A stretch of DNA of 33,333 nt from a virus (IMGVR_UViG_3300014208_001391:1-33333), one strand, 5' to 3'; counted from the first letter of the stretch, positions 8,895-18,987 are shown. Notes: generated by a model from the sequence alone, not told the origin. Numbers and translations are program-made.

Positions 8895-9470
8895 TCATAA
8901 ATCTATTCTTCTTTTTTCTATGCCCATAAGATTATACAAACTAAAATAAGCGAAGCTTTCTCCACACAATTCAATATCGTTTATAATTTCATTTTTTTCA
9001 ACATCATCTGTTTTCCACTTTTCACTTCTTATTTTTTTAGTTAATTCTGTAAAAAACAACGCTGGAAAAGTTGCCATACTTTTATTATTAGACATATCCA
9101 TAATAAATTCAACCATATTTTGAGCGAATGTTTCATTTTTTAATTTTTCAAGAACAATTTTACCTTTCTTTGTTTTTAAAACTCTACACAAGCATTTTGG
9201 AACAGAGGTAATTATTTGAACACAGTTAGTAACAATAACAATTGTTTTTTTATATTCATCAAAATTAGAAACCTTTTCCACATAAGACAACGATTCCACA
9301 AATGATAATTTATTTTCTGGGAATGTTTCTGAAAAATCATAATTTCCCCCATAATAAACATCATTATTGCCATTTGGAATTATAATTCTCATGATTTTAT
9401 CATTAAATAATCTTTTGGATAGTTTAATGTCTTCTTCAGACAACTTAAAGTTTGAATCTATTGTTTTCAT
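8895..9470 (-). CDS. Hypothetical protein
   Basis: 191-aa ORF with an ATGA overlap with the upstream gene. Confidence 0.7.
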   Translation of the reverse strand: MKTIDSNFKLSEEDIKLSKRLFNDKIMRIIIPNGNNDVYYGGNYDFSETFPENKLSFVESLSYVEKVSNFDEYKKTIVIVTNCVQIITSVPKCLCRVLKTKKGKIVLEKLKNETFAQNMVEFIMDMSNNKSMATFPALFFTELTKKIRSEKWKTDDVEKNEIINDIELCGESFAYFSLYNLMGIEKRRIDL

Positions 9471-10483
9471 AATCCCATTTCTTCTTGTATAATTAATTCT
9501 TTTCCTATTGTGTTTAAATCCTGAATTTTTAGTGGCTCCTTATTAAAGTCTTCTTCAAATTCACCTTTCAACCTCTTTGCTTGAACTCTTAATTTTTCCT
9601 GGATTTCATATTTTTTAACCAATGACAATTTTTTGTTTAGATCGGAATCAATAGCTTTTTTTATTGCATCTAATTTTAACTTAGATTCTCTTATGGTTTT
9701 AAGAACACTTTTTGTCTCTTCTAGACTGTGATGATACACATAAATGTTGGGAAAAATTTCAGTTGTTTTTTCCAATTTTTGGTATTCGCAATGTGGATAG
9801 AAAGGAGGATATGGTCTAGCTGTTGATTCGTGGAAAATAAATACGTTTTCTGGATTCTTAATTAAATCTTCATACAGTGTTGGATTAACGTTTTTAATAA
9901 TATCTGTAAATGGAACATTAATGTCTCCACTATAAACCACGAACAAATCTTCTCCTCCTTTTCTAAAGTTAAAAACAAAACCCCCAGATGCATAATCTTT
10001 ATAATGAAAACCAGTAGTTTCTATTTTATGAACTATCATATTAAGATCTTCATATACAATTCCTGAGTTTGAATTTATAGAAAAACTGTTATCAAGTGGT
10101 CCATCATGTCCACAAACATCCTTTAAATACATTTCTATTTTCGGCTTTAAAGAAGGAACACATTCTATTTTTACAGTTTGTTTTTGTGCAAAATATTTAT
10201 GATAAACTAAAGTAGAAAGACTTCCAATATGATCTTCGTGACAGTGGGTTATAAAAACGTAATCTAAACTTTCAACCAATTTTTTTGTTTGTAATTCAGA
10301 ATATACAGTAGACCCACAATCAATCAATATTGTTCCTTTTGAAGTTTTTATAATAGCACTTGAGTTTTTTTCGGCTAGGTCAAAAGCGCCACCAGTTCCC
10401 AAAAAGTTTATTTCGACTATTGGTGATTTTCCAGTGTTTTTGAGTAGAGAGTTTAACCTAGATTTTAATATAAACTTAGCCAT
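9467..10483 (-). CDS. Metallo-beta-lactamase-fold hydrolase (RNase Z/Apyc1-like)
   Basis: FLGTGGAF, LIDCG, THCHEDHIG, YSGD, FHE, PHC. Confidence 0.85.
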   Translation of the reverse strand: MAKFILKSRLNSLLKNTGKSPIVEINFLGTGGAFDLAEKNSSAIIKTSKGTILIDCGSTVYSELQTKKLVESLDYVFITHCHEDHIGSLSTLVYHKYFAQKQTVKIECVPSLKPKIEMYLKDVCGHDGPLDNSFSINSNSGIVYEDLNMIVHKIETTGFHYKDYASGGFVFNFRKGGEDLFVVYSGDINVPFTDIIKNVNPTLYEDLIKNPENVFIFHESTARPYPPFYPHCEYQKLEKTTEIFPNIYVYHHSLEETKSVLKTIRESKLKLDAIKKAIDSDLNKKLSLVKKYEIQEKLRVQAKRLKGEFEEDFNKEPLKIQDLNTIGKELIIQEEMGL

Positions 10484-10502
10484 TATATATTTTTGTATAT
10501 TG

Positions 10503-10525
10503 TACGGAATAAATTATTTTTTGTT
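10503..10525 (-). promoter_or_regulatory. AAC-N16-CGTA promoter
   Basis: tacg at 10503-10506, N16, gtt at 10523-10525. Confidence 0.7.
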
Positions 10526-10529
10526 ACAC

Positions 10530-10829
10530 TTAGCAATCCTCAGCTTTATCTATTTCTTCTAAAACTATGCTAAGCAATTGATTTTCTCTTATACACTCTT
10601 TGTATGCCTCAAAAATTTCATCTGTCCTAATACGAAGATCTTGAACTACGTCTCCATATTGTCTACTTTCATCAGAAACCACTTCTCTTGGATTTGCCGA
10701 GACAAGCATTAATATTTCTTTTTCAAACATCTCTATCAAAGAATCATTTTCTTCAATTTTTGACTTAACTTCATCTTTCCTTACTCTGGAAACATAAATG
10801 TCTGTTGTTAATTGTACTCCCCATCCCAT
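10530..10829 (-). CDS. Hypothetical acidic protein
   Basis: 99-aa ORF in operon orientation with an A-rich leader. Confidence 0.7.
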   Translation of the reverse strand: MGWGVQLTTDIYVSRVRKDEVKSKIEENDSLIEMFEKEILMLVSANPREVVSDESRQYGDVVQDLRIRTDEIFEAYKECIRENQLLSIVLEEIDKAEDC

Positions 10830-11005
10830 ATTTTATTTTATTTAATTTTATTTTTCATCTTTACATTCATCTTTTGGCCATACAACAAACACATCTATAT
10901 CCTCCACAAAAATGATTATCTTTAATCAAAAATCCTTCTTCTGGTTCACCCGATGCTATGAATGTTACTATATGTTCCACAAATATATTAATTTTTTTTG
11001 ATATA

Positions 11006-11512
11006 TCAACAAATTCTTCCACATTTTTTATACATTCTCCAAACGGAGTAGTTTCTTTCAAGATAAAGAGGAGTTGGTCCACCCAAAGTAAGATGAAGCC
11101 CCCATTGTCCATCCCTGGGATACCCCATTTTCTCTCTTAAATCCTTTATTTCATCACATCTCACCCTTAACCATACATGAGCACCATTTGTTCTTGGAGA
11201 AAGCTCATAAATGAATTTAATGGGCTTGTTGTTATATAATTCTTTAAACTTTTCCCAATTATCTTTATTTGTTTCTTCTCCACGTACAACACTAATGTGT
11301 GCTCCAAATGCTGGTCTTTGCAATTTAATTCCATGTTGTCTTTCATATAGCCAAGTATAAAAAAACCCCAATTCATCATTGGGATCTAAAGAAATAATAA
11401 CCCACCAAGGCTTAAACATCTTACCAGATGGATCGCTGATGGCTTTGGGATCAAATATTATTGTACCCTCATATTCAATCATTTGTTCTGTTTCAAAATC
11501 GAGGCTATACAT
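11006..11512 (-). CDS. 2H phosphoesterase family protein
   Basis: Two HxS/T motifs, AHISVV and LHLTLG, about 70 aa apart. Start placed at MYSLDF (11512), overlapping the upstream stop. Confidence 0.75.
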   Translation of the reverse strand: MYSLDFETEQMIEYEGTIIFDPKAISDPSGKMFKPWWVIISLDPNDELGFFYTWLYERQHGIKLQRPAFGAHISVVRGEETNKDNWEKFKELYNNKPIKFIYELSPRTNGAHVWLRVRCDEIKDLREKMGYPRDGQWGLHLTLGGPTPLYLERNYSVWRMYKKCGRIC

Positions 11513-11876
11513 ATAATGCTTTTCGATATGTTGCTGCAATATTTTTCATTATATTCAATTCTGTAGTTTTTTGTTCTACTATTTTAGAAATTCTCATCAA
11601 TTCTTTTTCTATAAAATCTCTTTTTCTAAAAGTTTTAGAATTTTTAAAAATAGTATCTTCTATTGCAAACAAATTTAAGGTTTTTATAACTTCATCTGCT
11701 TGTTCTTTTGATATTCTCACACTATAATATTCTCCTTTTCTTGTAGTGTTTTTTACAAAAGAAAATTCTTCGCAATATTGAGAAATAGAAAACTTATCCG
11801 TCCATGACTTTATTACTTCATTGACATCAATTTTACATATTCCACCTTCTACAAGTTTTGTAATTAATTTTTTCAT
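11505..11876 (-). CDS. Hypothetical protein
   Basis: 123-aa ORF tightly packed in the operon. Confidence 0.7.
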   Translation of the reverse strand: MKKLITKLVEGGICKIDVNEVIKSWTDKFSISQYCEEFSFVKNTTRKGEYYSVRISKEQADEVIKTLNLFAIEDTIFKNSKTFRKRDFIEKELMRISKIVEQKTTELNIMKNIAATYRKALYV

Positions 11877-11877
11877 A

Positions 11878-12264
11878 TTATTGTCTCTCTTTTGGTGTTG
11901 TAATTAAATAAAATTTATCCCCAAGGTGTATTTTTTTAGAACTCTTATTAAACACATATTGAAATTGTCCAATTTCTTTTTCTTGATTGTTGTATATTTT
12001 AATCGTTGGGTATTCTGCGGTATCATTTGCAAAACCAATGCACATAAACATCAAATCTGTTCTCCACCCATACTTGTCAAGTTCATTTATCAAAGAATCT
12101 TTTTGAAATTCACATTTTTTAATTACGTTTTTTTGCGTTTTTACAACTTTTTGTAAATCATTTATTCTACTATTAAACGAATTGTTGTTTAAAATCAATA
12201 TTGATATTGTAACAATAAAAAGAATAACAAAAGTAATTGCAACTACCATCCAAGATTTTTTCAT
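11878..12264 (-). CDS. Hypothetical membrane-anchored protein
   Basis: N-terminal hydrophobic helix WMVVAITFVILFIVTISILIL followed by a coiled coil. Confidence 0.7.
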   Translation of the reverse strand: MKKSWMVVAITFVILFIVTISILILNNNSFNSRINDLQKVVKTQKNVIKKCEFQKDSLINELDKYGWRTDLMFMCIGFANDTAEYPTIKIYNNQEKEIGQFQYVFNKSSKKIHLGDKFYLITTPKERQ

Positions 12265-12267
12265 AAA

Positions 12268-13218
12268 TTATTGTTTTTTAATTGTTTTACTTAATTCAAA
12301 AATTTGTTCTGCTATAAGTTTTATTTCATCAATTTTAAATATTTTATCTACCCACTCCTTTGGAATTCCACTGAGTCCATAATATGCACCAGCAATCTGT
12401 CCATATACAGCACCAGTTGTGTCAGCATCATTTCCAATGTTAACAGCTAGCAAAGCACCATCTCGAAAATTATCTGTCTTATGGAAAGCCCACAAAGCCG
12501 TTTCTAGACAACTGATTACATAACCACTTCCAACTACTCCACCAGACACACCAGGTTGTTTATATTTATATTTTCCTTCACGAATTTCAACCACCAACGG
12601 GTGAGTTATTTCAGGATCGGTGTGAAAATATGCCCACTTATTTGGATCTGGACCTTCTAATACATCATTTTTTGACATCCCAGATAGCAAGCTTGATATA
12701 ATCCATCCCATATAAACTGAGCACCCAATCCCCTGTGGAGAAGGGTGTGTCATATTAGCATTAATTTTACAATAATCATGACATTTTATATCATCATTTA
12801 CAAACATCATTGGAATTGGGGCCAATCTCATAATTACTCCGTTTCCAGCTGCAGTATTATCTTTAATAAAACTTCCTTCTCTTTCAAAATACCTTATTGC
12901 ACTTACAGTAGCCATTCCTATATCAAAACATTTTCCAGTAGGAGAATTATATCCTTCACGATACCATTTGGAAAACTTTTTCATAATATCGATAGCATCG
13001 AAGTTTTTCTTTTCAATTAAGCTATCTGCAATACAAAGCGCCATAGATGTATCATCAGTCCAACATCCTGGGGGCAAATTAAAAGGACCCCCACCGACAA
13101 TATCTGTAACTAGATTTTCTTGTGCTTGTTTATAAGTTGTAAACTCTAAAGTGGTTCCCAAAGCATCTCCAACAGCAAGACCAACCAAACATCCTAAAAA
13201 ATTGTCAACTTTATTCAT
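12268..13218 (-). CDS. ADP-ribosylglycohydrolase (DraG/ARH family)
   Basis: GLAVGDALG, WTDDTSMA, GNG.IMRLAP, TH, DADTTGAVYGQIAGAYYG. Confidence 0.95.
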   Translation of the reverse strand: MNKVDNFLGCLVGLAVGDALGTTLEFTTYKQAQENLVTDIVGGGPFNLPPGCWTDDTSMALCIADSLIEKKNFDAIDIMKKFSKWYREGYNSPTGKCFDIGMATVSAIRYFEREGSFIKDNTAAGNGVIMRLAPIPMMFVNDDIKCHDYCKINANMTHPSPQGIGCSVYMGWIISSLLSGMSKNDVLEGPDPNKWAYFHTDPEITHPLVVEIREGKYKYKQPGVSGGVVGSGYVISCLETALWAFHKTDNFRDGALLAVNIGNDADTTGAVYGQIAGAYYGLSGIPKEWVDKIFKIDEIKLIAEQIFELSKTIKKQ

Positions 13219-13433
13219 TTTAATATTTTTTTTAATTCAGAATAAACTATCGCCCAATATTCTAATCTTTCAAAAGCCTTATCACATCCATTTTGAGTTG
13301 ATGCATCTATGTGTGAATTTTCATTCATCAAATAAAAAACAACATTTTGTGATAAATTTCCAAAATTTTCCTTTAATTCTTTTGCCTTAGATTCAGCGTT
13401 TAATTTAATATCTATATTAAAACTCCTATCCAT
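13215..13433 (-). CDS. Hypothetical protein
   Basis: 72-aa ORF overlapping both neighbours by 4-8 nt. Confidence 0.65.
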   Translation of the reverse strand: MDRSFNIDIKLNAESKAKELKENFGNLSQNVVFYLMNENSHIDASTQNGCDKAFERLEYWAIVYSELKKILK

Positions 13434-13878
13434 TTAGCTTACTTTTTACAATTTCAGAAACAGTTTTTCCATCTGCTTTTCCAGAATATTTTGAATTGAA
13501 TGATTTCATAACCTGTCCCATATCTTTCATTGATGTTGATCCAATTTCTTTAATTGTTTCAACAACCTGAGCTTCTATTTCCTCTTTTGTCATTTGTTGC
13601 GGAAGATAGGAATTTAATATTTCAATTTCCATTAAAACATCAGCTGGAACTTCTTTTTGAATTTTTTCATATTCTGCCTTTATAATTTCTTGGCTGTTTT
13701 TTTCTTTTTTTATAACTGCCATAACTCCTTCGTCATTTAATAAAAACCCAGCTTTTCCACGACCTTCTTCTATTGCTATTTCTCCCAATACAACTTTAAT
13801 CAATTCCTTTTTTAATGAGTTGCCAGATTTTAAAGCAACTTTTAAATCTTCTTTTAATTTTTCTTTTAATGTTTGCAT
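13426..13878 (-). CDS. GatB/YqeY domain protein
   Basis: LKEKLKEDLKVALK, EIEIL.SYLPQQM, MKDMGQVM, GKADGKTVSEIVK. Start placed at MQTLKEK (13878). Confidence 0.9.
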   Translation of the reverse strand: MQTLKEKLKEDLKVALKSGNSLKKELIKVVLGEIAIEEGRGKAGFLLNDEGVMAVIKKEKNSQEIIKAEYEKIQKEVPADVLMEIEILNSYLPQQMTKEEIEAQVVETIKEIGSTSMKDMGQVMKSFNSKYSGKADGKTVSEIVKSKLNG

Positions 13879-13895
13879 AACTTTTTTATTTAATT

Positions 13896-14330
13896 TTAAC
13901 AAAATTTTAAAACTTTCTTTTCTTTGGCACAATAATCCATTCCATCAGCAAGACCTAAAGCTTGTTTTTTATCATAATCATCGTCTGGCCAATCTTTAAT
14001 TAATTCTCTTAGCCTCGGAGCAATTTTTTTACACTGACTGGCAGTTAAATTTCCATCACAATCTGAATGATATAATAAATCTACTATTGGATCTTTAATA
14101 TTATCCCATTTTAATGGTTTTGTAGGAAGCCAGAAAAAATAATCATTTATCATCTTTTCTCCAACAATTCTTTTTGTCAAAGGAAAAGAAGATGAAGAAA
14201 ATTCAGAATCTGTCCAAAATCCATCCATTAAAGGAAGACATATTCCAATTTCTTCCGCCAATTTTCCTCTAAACCTATTAAAACCAGAGTATGCCCAATG
14301 TGCATCTGCATGATTAAAATCTAAACCCAT
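13896..14330 (-). CDS. Hypothetical phage protein (HSDCDG motif)
   Basis: 144-aa ORF with YSGFNRFR and LLYHSDCDG. Confidence 0.75.
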   Translation of the reverse strand: MGLDFNHADAHWAYSGFNRFRGKLAEEIGICLPLMDGFWTDSEFSSSSFPLTKRIVGEKMINDYFFWLPTKPLKWDNIKDPIVDLLYHSDCDGNLTASQCKKIAPRLRELIKDWPDDDYDKKQALGLADGMDYCAKEKKVLKFC

Positions 14331-14345
14331 AATATCATATTTTAA

Positions 14346-14603
14346 TTAATCAACAAAACTATCTCTAAACCAAGCTTTTGAACAATGTTCATCAATCCAT
14401 TTTAAAACTTCTGGTTTCACTAATGAAAATAGAAAATTATACATTTCTTCTTCATAGTCCAACCAATATGAATCCCAAGTAATTGTGTAATCGTCTGAAA
14501 GCGCATTTATTTTTGGAATTGAAATATCCATTATTTTTTTAGCTTGCTGTACAAACAATCCTTGTTCTATAAGCATGTTTTCTACTTTTTCTCTAACAGT
14601 CAT
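14346..14603 (-). CDS. Hypothetical protein
   Basis: 85-aa ORF with an ATGA overlap. Confidence 0.7.
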   Translation of the reverse strand: MTVREKVENMLIEQGLFVQQAKKIMDISIPKINALSDDYTITWDSYWLDYEEEMYNFLFSLVKPEVLKWIDEHCSKAWFRDSFVD

Positions 14604-14872
14604 GATTTTTTGTTTTTTTCTTCTTCAATTAAATTTTTTATTTTCATTCCTATCTGAGTAAAAGAAACATAAGAATCAAAACTTCCTTCGCATGACACAC
14701 TTTCTTCTTTTAGAATGCCCATTTTTATTAAAGATTCTATTATGTCAAAACTCTTTTTTTCTTTTCCAAAATCCCTTATTTCATAAAAGGCATATTCTTT
14801 TTTGCTAATAAATTTAACAAAACTTGGGTGCAATACTACTCCGATTTCAAAACTTGTTTTCATATTACCCAT
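14600..14872 (-). CDS. Hypothetical protein (possible winged helix)
   Basis: 90-aa ORF; LIKMGILKE...VSFTQIG is a weak wHTH-like pattern. Confidence 0.6.
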   Translation of the reverse strand: MGNMKTSFEIGVVLHPSFVKFISKKEYAFYEIRDFGKEKKSFDIIESLIKMGILKEESVSCEGSFDSYVSFTQIGMKIKNLIEEEKNKKS

Positions 14873-15801
14873 TTAGCAAGACGGTTTTCTAAGGTAAACA
14901 AACAATCTCTGTCTTCCACATCTTCTTCAAGAACGTGTTTTTTAAAGTTAATGTAGTACATGTTTCCAGGACAACCAAAAAGAGTTTTATAAAATTTAAC
15001 AATTGAATCATCTGTCGCAAAGTAAATTTCTTTCAAATATATACCTTTCGAGATTTTATTCATTTTGAAGATGCTGTATTTAACATACATCCAAGTTTCT
15101 CCATTGTTCAAACGAGTTTCTTTAATAGATTGAACAACATCTGAAATTTGTTCCACTCTTTTAAACGCTATGTCTTTATCATCACCAAGATTCAGAACGA
15201 TTTCGTCATGAGAAATGAAAATTATATTTTCTAATGGAAAAACTTTTCCCAAATCCTCAACCAGCTTCAAAATGTGAAAGTGCTGAATTTTTTGAAATCT
15301 TTTCGGATTTAAATTTCCAAAAACAACCTGCCTAAAACTTTTGCTGGATGCAAGCATTGGATGAATTTTTAAATACGAACACAAAGCGGCCCAGCTCATT
15401 TTTAAATTATTTTCTTTATCAAAAATCTTCATAGACTGGAAATTTGCACTAGAAAAATCAAGAGACAACATAAAATTCCCCTCATACATTTTTAAGTGAT
15501 CTTTTTCATAAAATTTAACCTGGGAATAATCAAGCGCTTGACATCTTGTGTATGCTTCTGATAACGACAAATGATTCTTAATTAAATCATAAGCATATCC
15601 CATTTTATAATGACCAACATTGTTGTATCCGTTTTCTTTCAACCAATCTTCGAATTTTGAATATTCATTAACCAATGAAACTATATCTTTAAATTCAAAT
15701 GATTTAGAAAGAGTTTGTATATAATATTCAAAGTGTTCTTCAACTGGAACATCTAATTTGAATAATTTTGAGAACTCTGTAATTTCTTTAATTTTTTTCA
15801 T
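14860..15801 (-). CDS. Hypothetical protein with family-A polymerase-like motifs
   Basis: LSLDFSSANFQ (motif A-like) and ISHDEIV (motif C-like). The ORF is solid; the function is tentative. Confidence 0.55.
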   Translation of the reverse strand: MKKIKEITEFSKLFKLDVPVEEHFEYYIQTLSKSFEFKDIVSLVNEYSKFEDWLKENGYNNVGHYKMGYAYDLIKNHLSLSEAYTRCQALDYSQVKFYEKDHLKMYEGNFMLSLDFSSANFQSMKIFDKENNLKMSWAALCSYLKIHPMLASSKSFRQVVFGNLNPKRFQKIQHFHILKLVEDLGKVFPLENIIFISHDEIVLNLGDDKDIAFKRVEQISDVVQSIKETRLNNGETWMYVKYSIFKMNKISKGIYLKEIYFATDDSIVKFYKTLFGCPGNMYYINFKKHVLEEDVEDRDCLFTLENRLAKWVI

Positions 15802-16969
15802 TGAATTCTTTTCTTATTTTTTTTGTTAAACTTTCAATAAATTTATGATCAACTTTTTTTGGAAGATTTGATTTTTCGAACAATTCATCCATTTTTGCAA
15901 TTTTTTCTTCTGCAGTATTGATTAATGTATCCAAATCTACTTTTCCATGCCTAATATCAAGCAACTCTTTAGCATTAGGTCTTCTAACAATGATTCCTTT
16001 TCCTTCGGCAATCTCAATTGACATATCAATCAATCTCATACAATGTAGCATGTTTTTTCCGTCAATTTTCTGACCATGACTTTCAACATCAACCCACCTT
16101 TTTGTATTTCTTGTTTTAAGCCAATTTTGATATTTATTGTAATATCTACAGTGCTGAGTATAAGAATCTTTGTTGTAAGAAAATATACAAATTGGAACTT
16201 CTCCTTTTGGAATAGAACTCAATCTTAAAGCATTGGAAGTTCCCGCATTATCTGAACCACCTTCTTTTTCCAACCCTTTATATCCAAGACCCACTTTCTC
16301 TCCACTTTCTTTAAGTGCCTTTTTGTTATGTTCCTTTTCTTCTTCGCTCATAGAATCAGAAAAACAATAATGAGCTTTTTTGTCATAAAAAAGAGCAAAA
16401 GTATCTCTTGTATTTGGAATGTTAACTACACCGCAAAATTTTTGTTCATAATTCATTTCTTTCAAAAACTTCTTTAATGATTTTGAACCATATCCATCAA
16501 TGTAATAGCAGAAATCAAGAGGATTTTTTCTTGTAACCTTTTTTTTCTCCCAGTTCATCATTTTATCCTGCCCTTTTGCTTTTTTAATTTGTCCCCTGGA
16601 ATACCCACCAAATGAATCAGCGCATTTTTTGGTAATAAACTTATCCTTTTCATTCAAGATCAAATCAAAGATTGGATGCTTAATTATAACACAATCATCT
16701 GGACTGTTTAATAATTCTAAAAGTGTTGGGTTTGAAGTTTCAATAAGCTTCATAAATTCATCCAATTCAAATCCAACATAATCTTTATTGACTTGAATTT
16801 GTTTGACATAATCTTTCAAGTGATCTGGAAGAATATAAATAAACTTTCTATCTTCATCACTTTCTGGAGTACTGGTTCCATAAGCCTGAGATCCAACAAT
16901 AGTTTCAAAAATAATCAAACCTTTTGTTTTTAGATATTCGTAAAGCTTCTCTGAATTTGTTTTTTCCAT
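15788..16969 (-). CDS. Pol-beta superfamily nucleotidyltransferase (YcgL/RlaP-like)
   Basis: IVGSQAYGTSTPESDED (GS...DxD), SNP.LLELL, DGKNMLHCMRL, LLDIR.G. Confidence 0.88.
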   Translation of the reverse strand: MEKTNSEKLYEYLKTKGLIIFETIVGSQAYGTSTPESDEDRKFIYILPDHLKDYVKQIQVNKDYVGFELDEFMKLIETSNPTLLELLNSPDDCVIIKHPIFDLILNEKDKFITKKCADSFGGYSRGQIKKAKGQDKMMNWEKKKVTRKNPLDFCYYIDGYGSKSLKKFLKEMNYEQKFCGVVNIPNTRDTFALFYDKKAHYCFSDSMSEEEKEHNKKALKESGEKVGLGYKGLEKEGGSDNAGTSNALRLSSIPKGEVPICIFSYNKDSYTQHCRYYNKYQNWLKTRNTKRWVDVESHGQKIDGKNMLHCMRLIDMSIEIAEGKGIIVRRPNAKELLDIRHGKVDLDTLINTAEEKIAKMDELFEKSNLPKKVDHKFIESLTKKIRKEFNEKN

Positions 16970-16993
16970 TTTAATTCTCTTTTCTCTTTTTTA

Positions 16994-17016
16994 TACGTTT
17001 TTTTTAAAGAAATGTT
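16994..17016 (-). promoter_or_regulatory. AAC-N16-CGTA promoter
   Basis: tacg at 16994-16997, N16, gtt at 17014-17016. Confidence 0.7.
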
Positions 17017-17030
17017 ATTGTTTTTTAAAA

Positions 17031-17681
17031 TTAAAAAGGTAATTCAATAATTTCATCTGCAGATTCAACAAATTCAATTCCTTCTTTTTCTGCTTTCTCT
17101 ATAAAAACTTTAGCATCACCAAATGCTCTTGTTGCGCCTAGATTAATAATAACTCTAAATCCAGCACTTTTTAAATCTAAAGCCGCTTCTTTTACACAAA
17201 AATTTAAAGCTAGCCCACCGAGAACAAACGCCTTAATTCCATCACATTTAGCTTTTTCAATCATACCTGTAGAAATTTTCTTCTCCAGGTCATGATAAAT
17301 AGGAGAATATGGGTGCATATCCCTTTCGGCGCCTTTATACACAATAAAATTATATTGTGAAGGATGTGGAAGACCATCTAATAATTCAAATCCAACCGTA
17401 CCAACGGTGCAGTGTTCATTCCAAACAATATCCATGTTTTTTTTACCTTCAATTTTAGAAAATTGTGGATTTTCTGCGGTTGCTTTCCATACAGCATTAG
17501 ACGGATGAGCATCCTTTGACATGTAACGAACTATTGCTTTTTTAGCATTTTTGTTACATTCTTCTACTATTTTGTCACCTTCTGGAACTGGCAATTCCAA
17601 AGGACAAATTGGAGTAAAACCTTTTTGTGCATCAACATCCAAACTGGCTGTTTCACCATAAATTACAAATAATTCTTTCAT
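17031..17681 (-). CDS. pncA: Nicotinamidase (isochorismatase family)
   Basis: DVDAQKGF, ELPVPEGD, KDAH, W.EHC, YKG, GLALNFCV (Asp-Lys-Cys triad). Confidence 0.9.
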   Translation of the reverse strand: MKELFVIYGETASLDVDAQKGFTPICPLELPVPEGDKIVEECNKNAKKAIVRYMSKDAHPSNAVWKATAENPQFSKIEGKKNMDIVWNEHCTVGTVGFELLDGLPHPSQYNFIVYKGAERDMHPYSPIYHDLEKKISTGMIEKAKCDGIKAFVLGGLALNFCVKEAALDLKSAGFRVIINLGATRAFGDAKVFIEKAEKEGIEFVESADEIIELPF

Positions 17682-17692
17682 AACATTTATTT

Positions 17693-17911
17693 TTATTTAT
17701 TTAATTTCCCCATTAAGTTTCCGTGAGAATTACAAAAAACACCTTCGTTACCATAATTATACATGGCTAAATTTTCACTACTTCCTTTAATAAACTCCAC
17801 TAAAATACACCACAATATTCCTTCATCTGTCCAGTTCATTTGTACAATTTTTTTAACTCCCCAACTTTTATTATCAATTACATTAAAAACTTCAATTTCA
17901 GGTTGCTGCAT
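17693..17911 (-). CDS. Hypothetical protein
   Basis: 72-aa ORF packed between dnaJ and pncA. Confidence 0.65.
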   Translation of the reverse strand: MQQPEIEVFNVIDNKSWGVKKIVQMNWTDEGILWCILVEFIKGSSENLAMYNYGNEGVFCNSHGNLMGKLNK

Positions 17912-17916
17912 AAAAA

Positions 17917-18987
17917 TTATTTTTTAGATTTGAAACTATCTGATTCTTTAATTTTTTCTAAAATTTCCTTTTCTTCATCTGAAACCTTAGATGGTATAAA
18001 TACAATTACATCAAGATAAAAATCTCCTCTGTAATTTGTACCCATTTTATACAACCCCTTTTCTTTGATTCTTAATCTTTGTCCACTCTGAGTACCTGGC
18101 GGAATCACAACTCTGGCAACACCACCTTCAATTGTTTTTACTTCTATTTCCTTTCCAAATATTGCTTCATATATTGTTATATCAATTTTAGAAAACAATT
18201 CAGATTCTTGTCTATTGATATCTTTATTTATTTCTTCTTCTATTAAAACAAGTAGATTTCCGTTTGGCCCACCATCTCTTGAAACATTTCCACCAAAAGC
18301 AAGAGATAAAACATCTCCGTTTTTAACACTTCTTGGAATTGTCAATTCAACAACTTCATCTTGAATTGTAACTTTTCTTCCAGAACATGATGGACAGGTT
18401 TTTCTAATTATTTTTCCACTTCCGCCACAATTTTGACATTGTTCTTGAGATATAACTGTTCCAACAATAGTGTTTTTAACTTTCTGTACCCAACCAGATC
18501 CTTGACATGTTGTACAAGTTTCTACGGAAGATTCACTGGCACCACCGCTTCCATTACAAGTAGTACAAATTATTTCTTTTTTGTATTTTACCTTCTTTGC
18601 AATTCCAGTAAATATTTCTTCTAAAGTTAATGAAACCTTAATTCTCAAATCAGAACCAACGTGTTTTTGTGGTCTTGCTTGGTTCCAATTTCCCCTGTGA
18701 CCTCCAAAAAACTGATTAAATATATCATCCACATTAAAACCTCCAAAACCACCTGGTGGAAATCCGTGATTTTCAAATCCTCCTTGATCATATTTTCTTC
18801 TCTTTTCTTCGTCTCCAATAACACTATAAGCTTCTGCAACCTCTTTAAAAGAAGCTTCTGCTTCTGGGTTGTCTGGGTTTTTATCTGGGTGATATTTCAG
18901 AGCAAGTTTCCTGTATGCTTTCTTTATTTCATCTAAAGAAGCGGCCTTTGGAACTCCTAAAATTTCGTAATAATCTTTTCTTGCCAT
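17917..18987 (-). CDS. dnaJ: Chaperone DnaJ
   Basis: J domain with HPD, G/F region, four CxxCxGxG-type repeats and a C-terminal domain. Confidence 0.97.
   Translation of the reverse strand: MARKDYYEILGVPKAASLDEIKKAYRKLALKYHPDKNPDNPEAEASFKEVAEAYSVIGDEEKRRKYDQGGFENHGFPPGGFGGFNVDDIFNQFFGGHRGNWNQARPQKHVGSDLRIKVSLTLEEIFTGIAKKVKYKKEIICTTCNGSGGASESSVETCTTCQGSGWVQKVKNTIVGTVISQEQCQNCGGSGKIIRKTCPSCSGRKVTIQDEVVELTIPRSVKNGDVLSLAFGGNVSRDGGPNGNLLVLIEEEINKDINRQESELFSKIDITIYEAIFGKEIEVKTIEGGVARVVIPPGTQSGQRLRIKEKGLYKMGTNYRGDFYLDVIVFIPSKVSDEEKEILEKIKESDSFKSKK

Noticed and set aside
10867-11379. ORFs 10867-11112, 10958-11140 and 11167-11379
   Set aside because: They overlap the 2H phosphoesterase gene out of frame or antisense and have no motifs. 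A short gene in 10867-11022 cannot be excluded.
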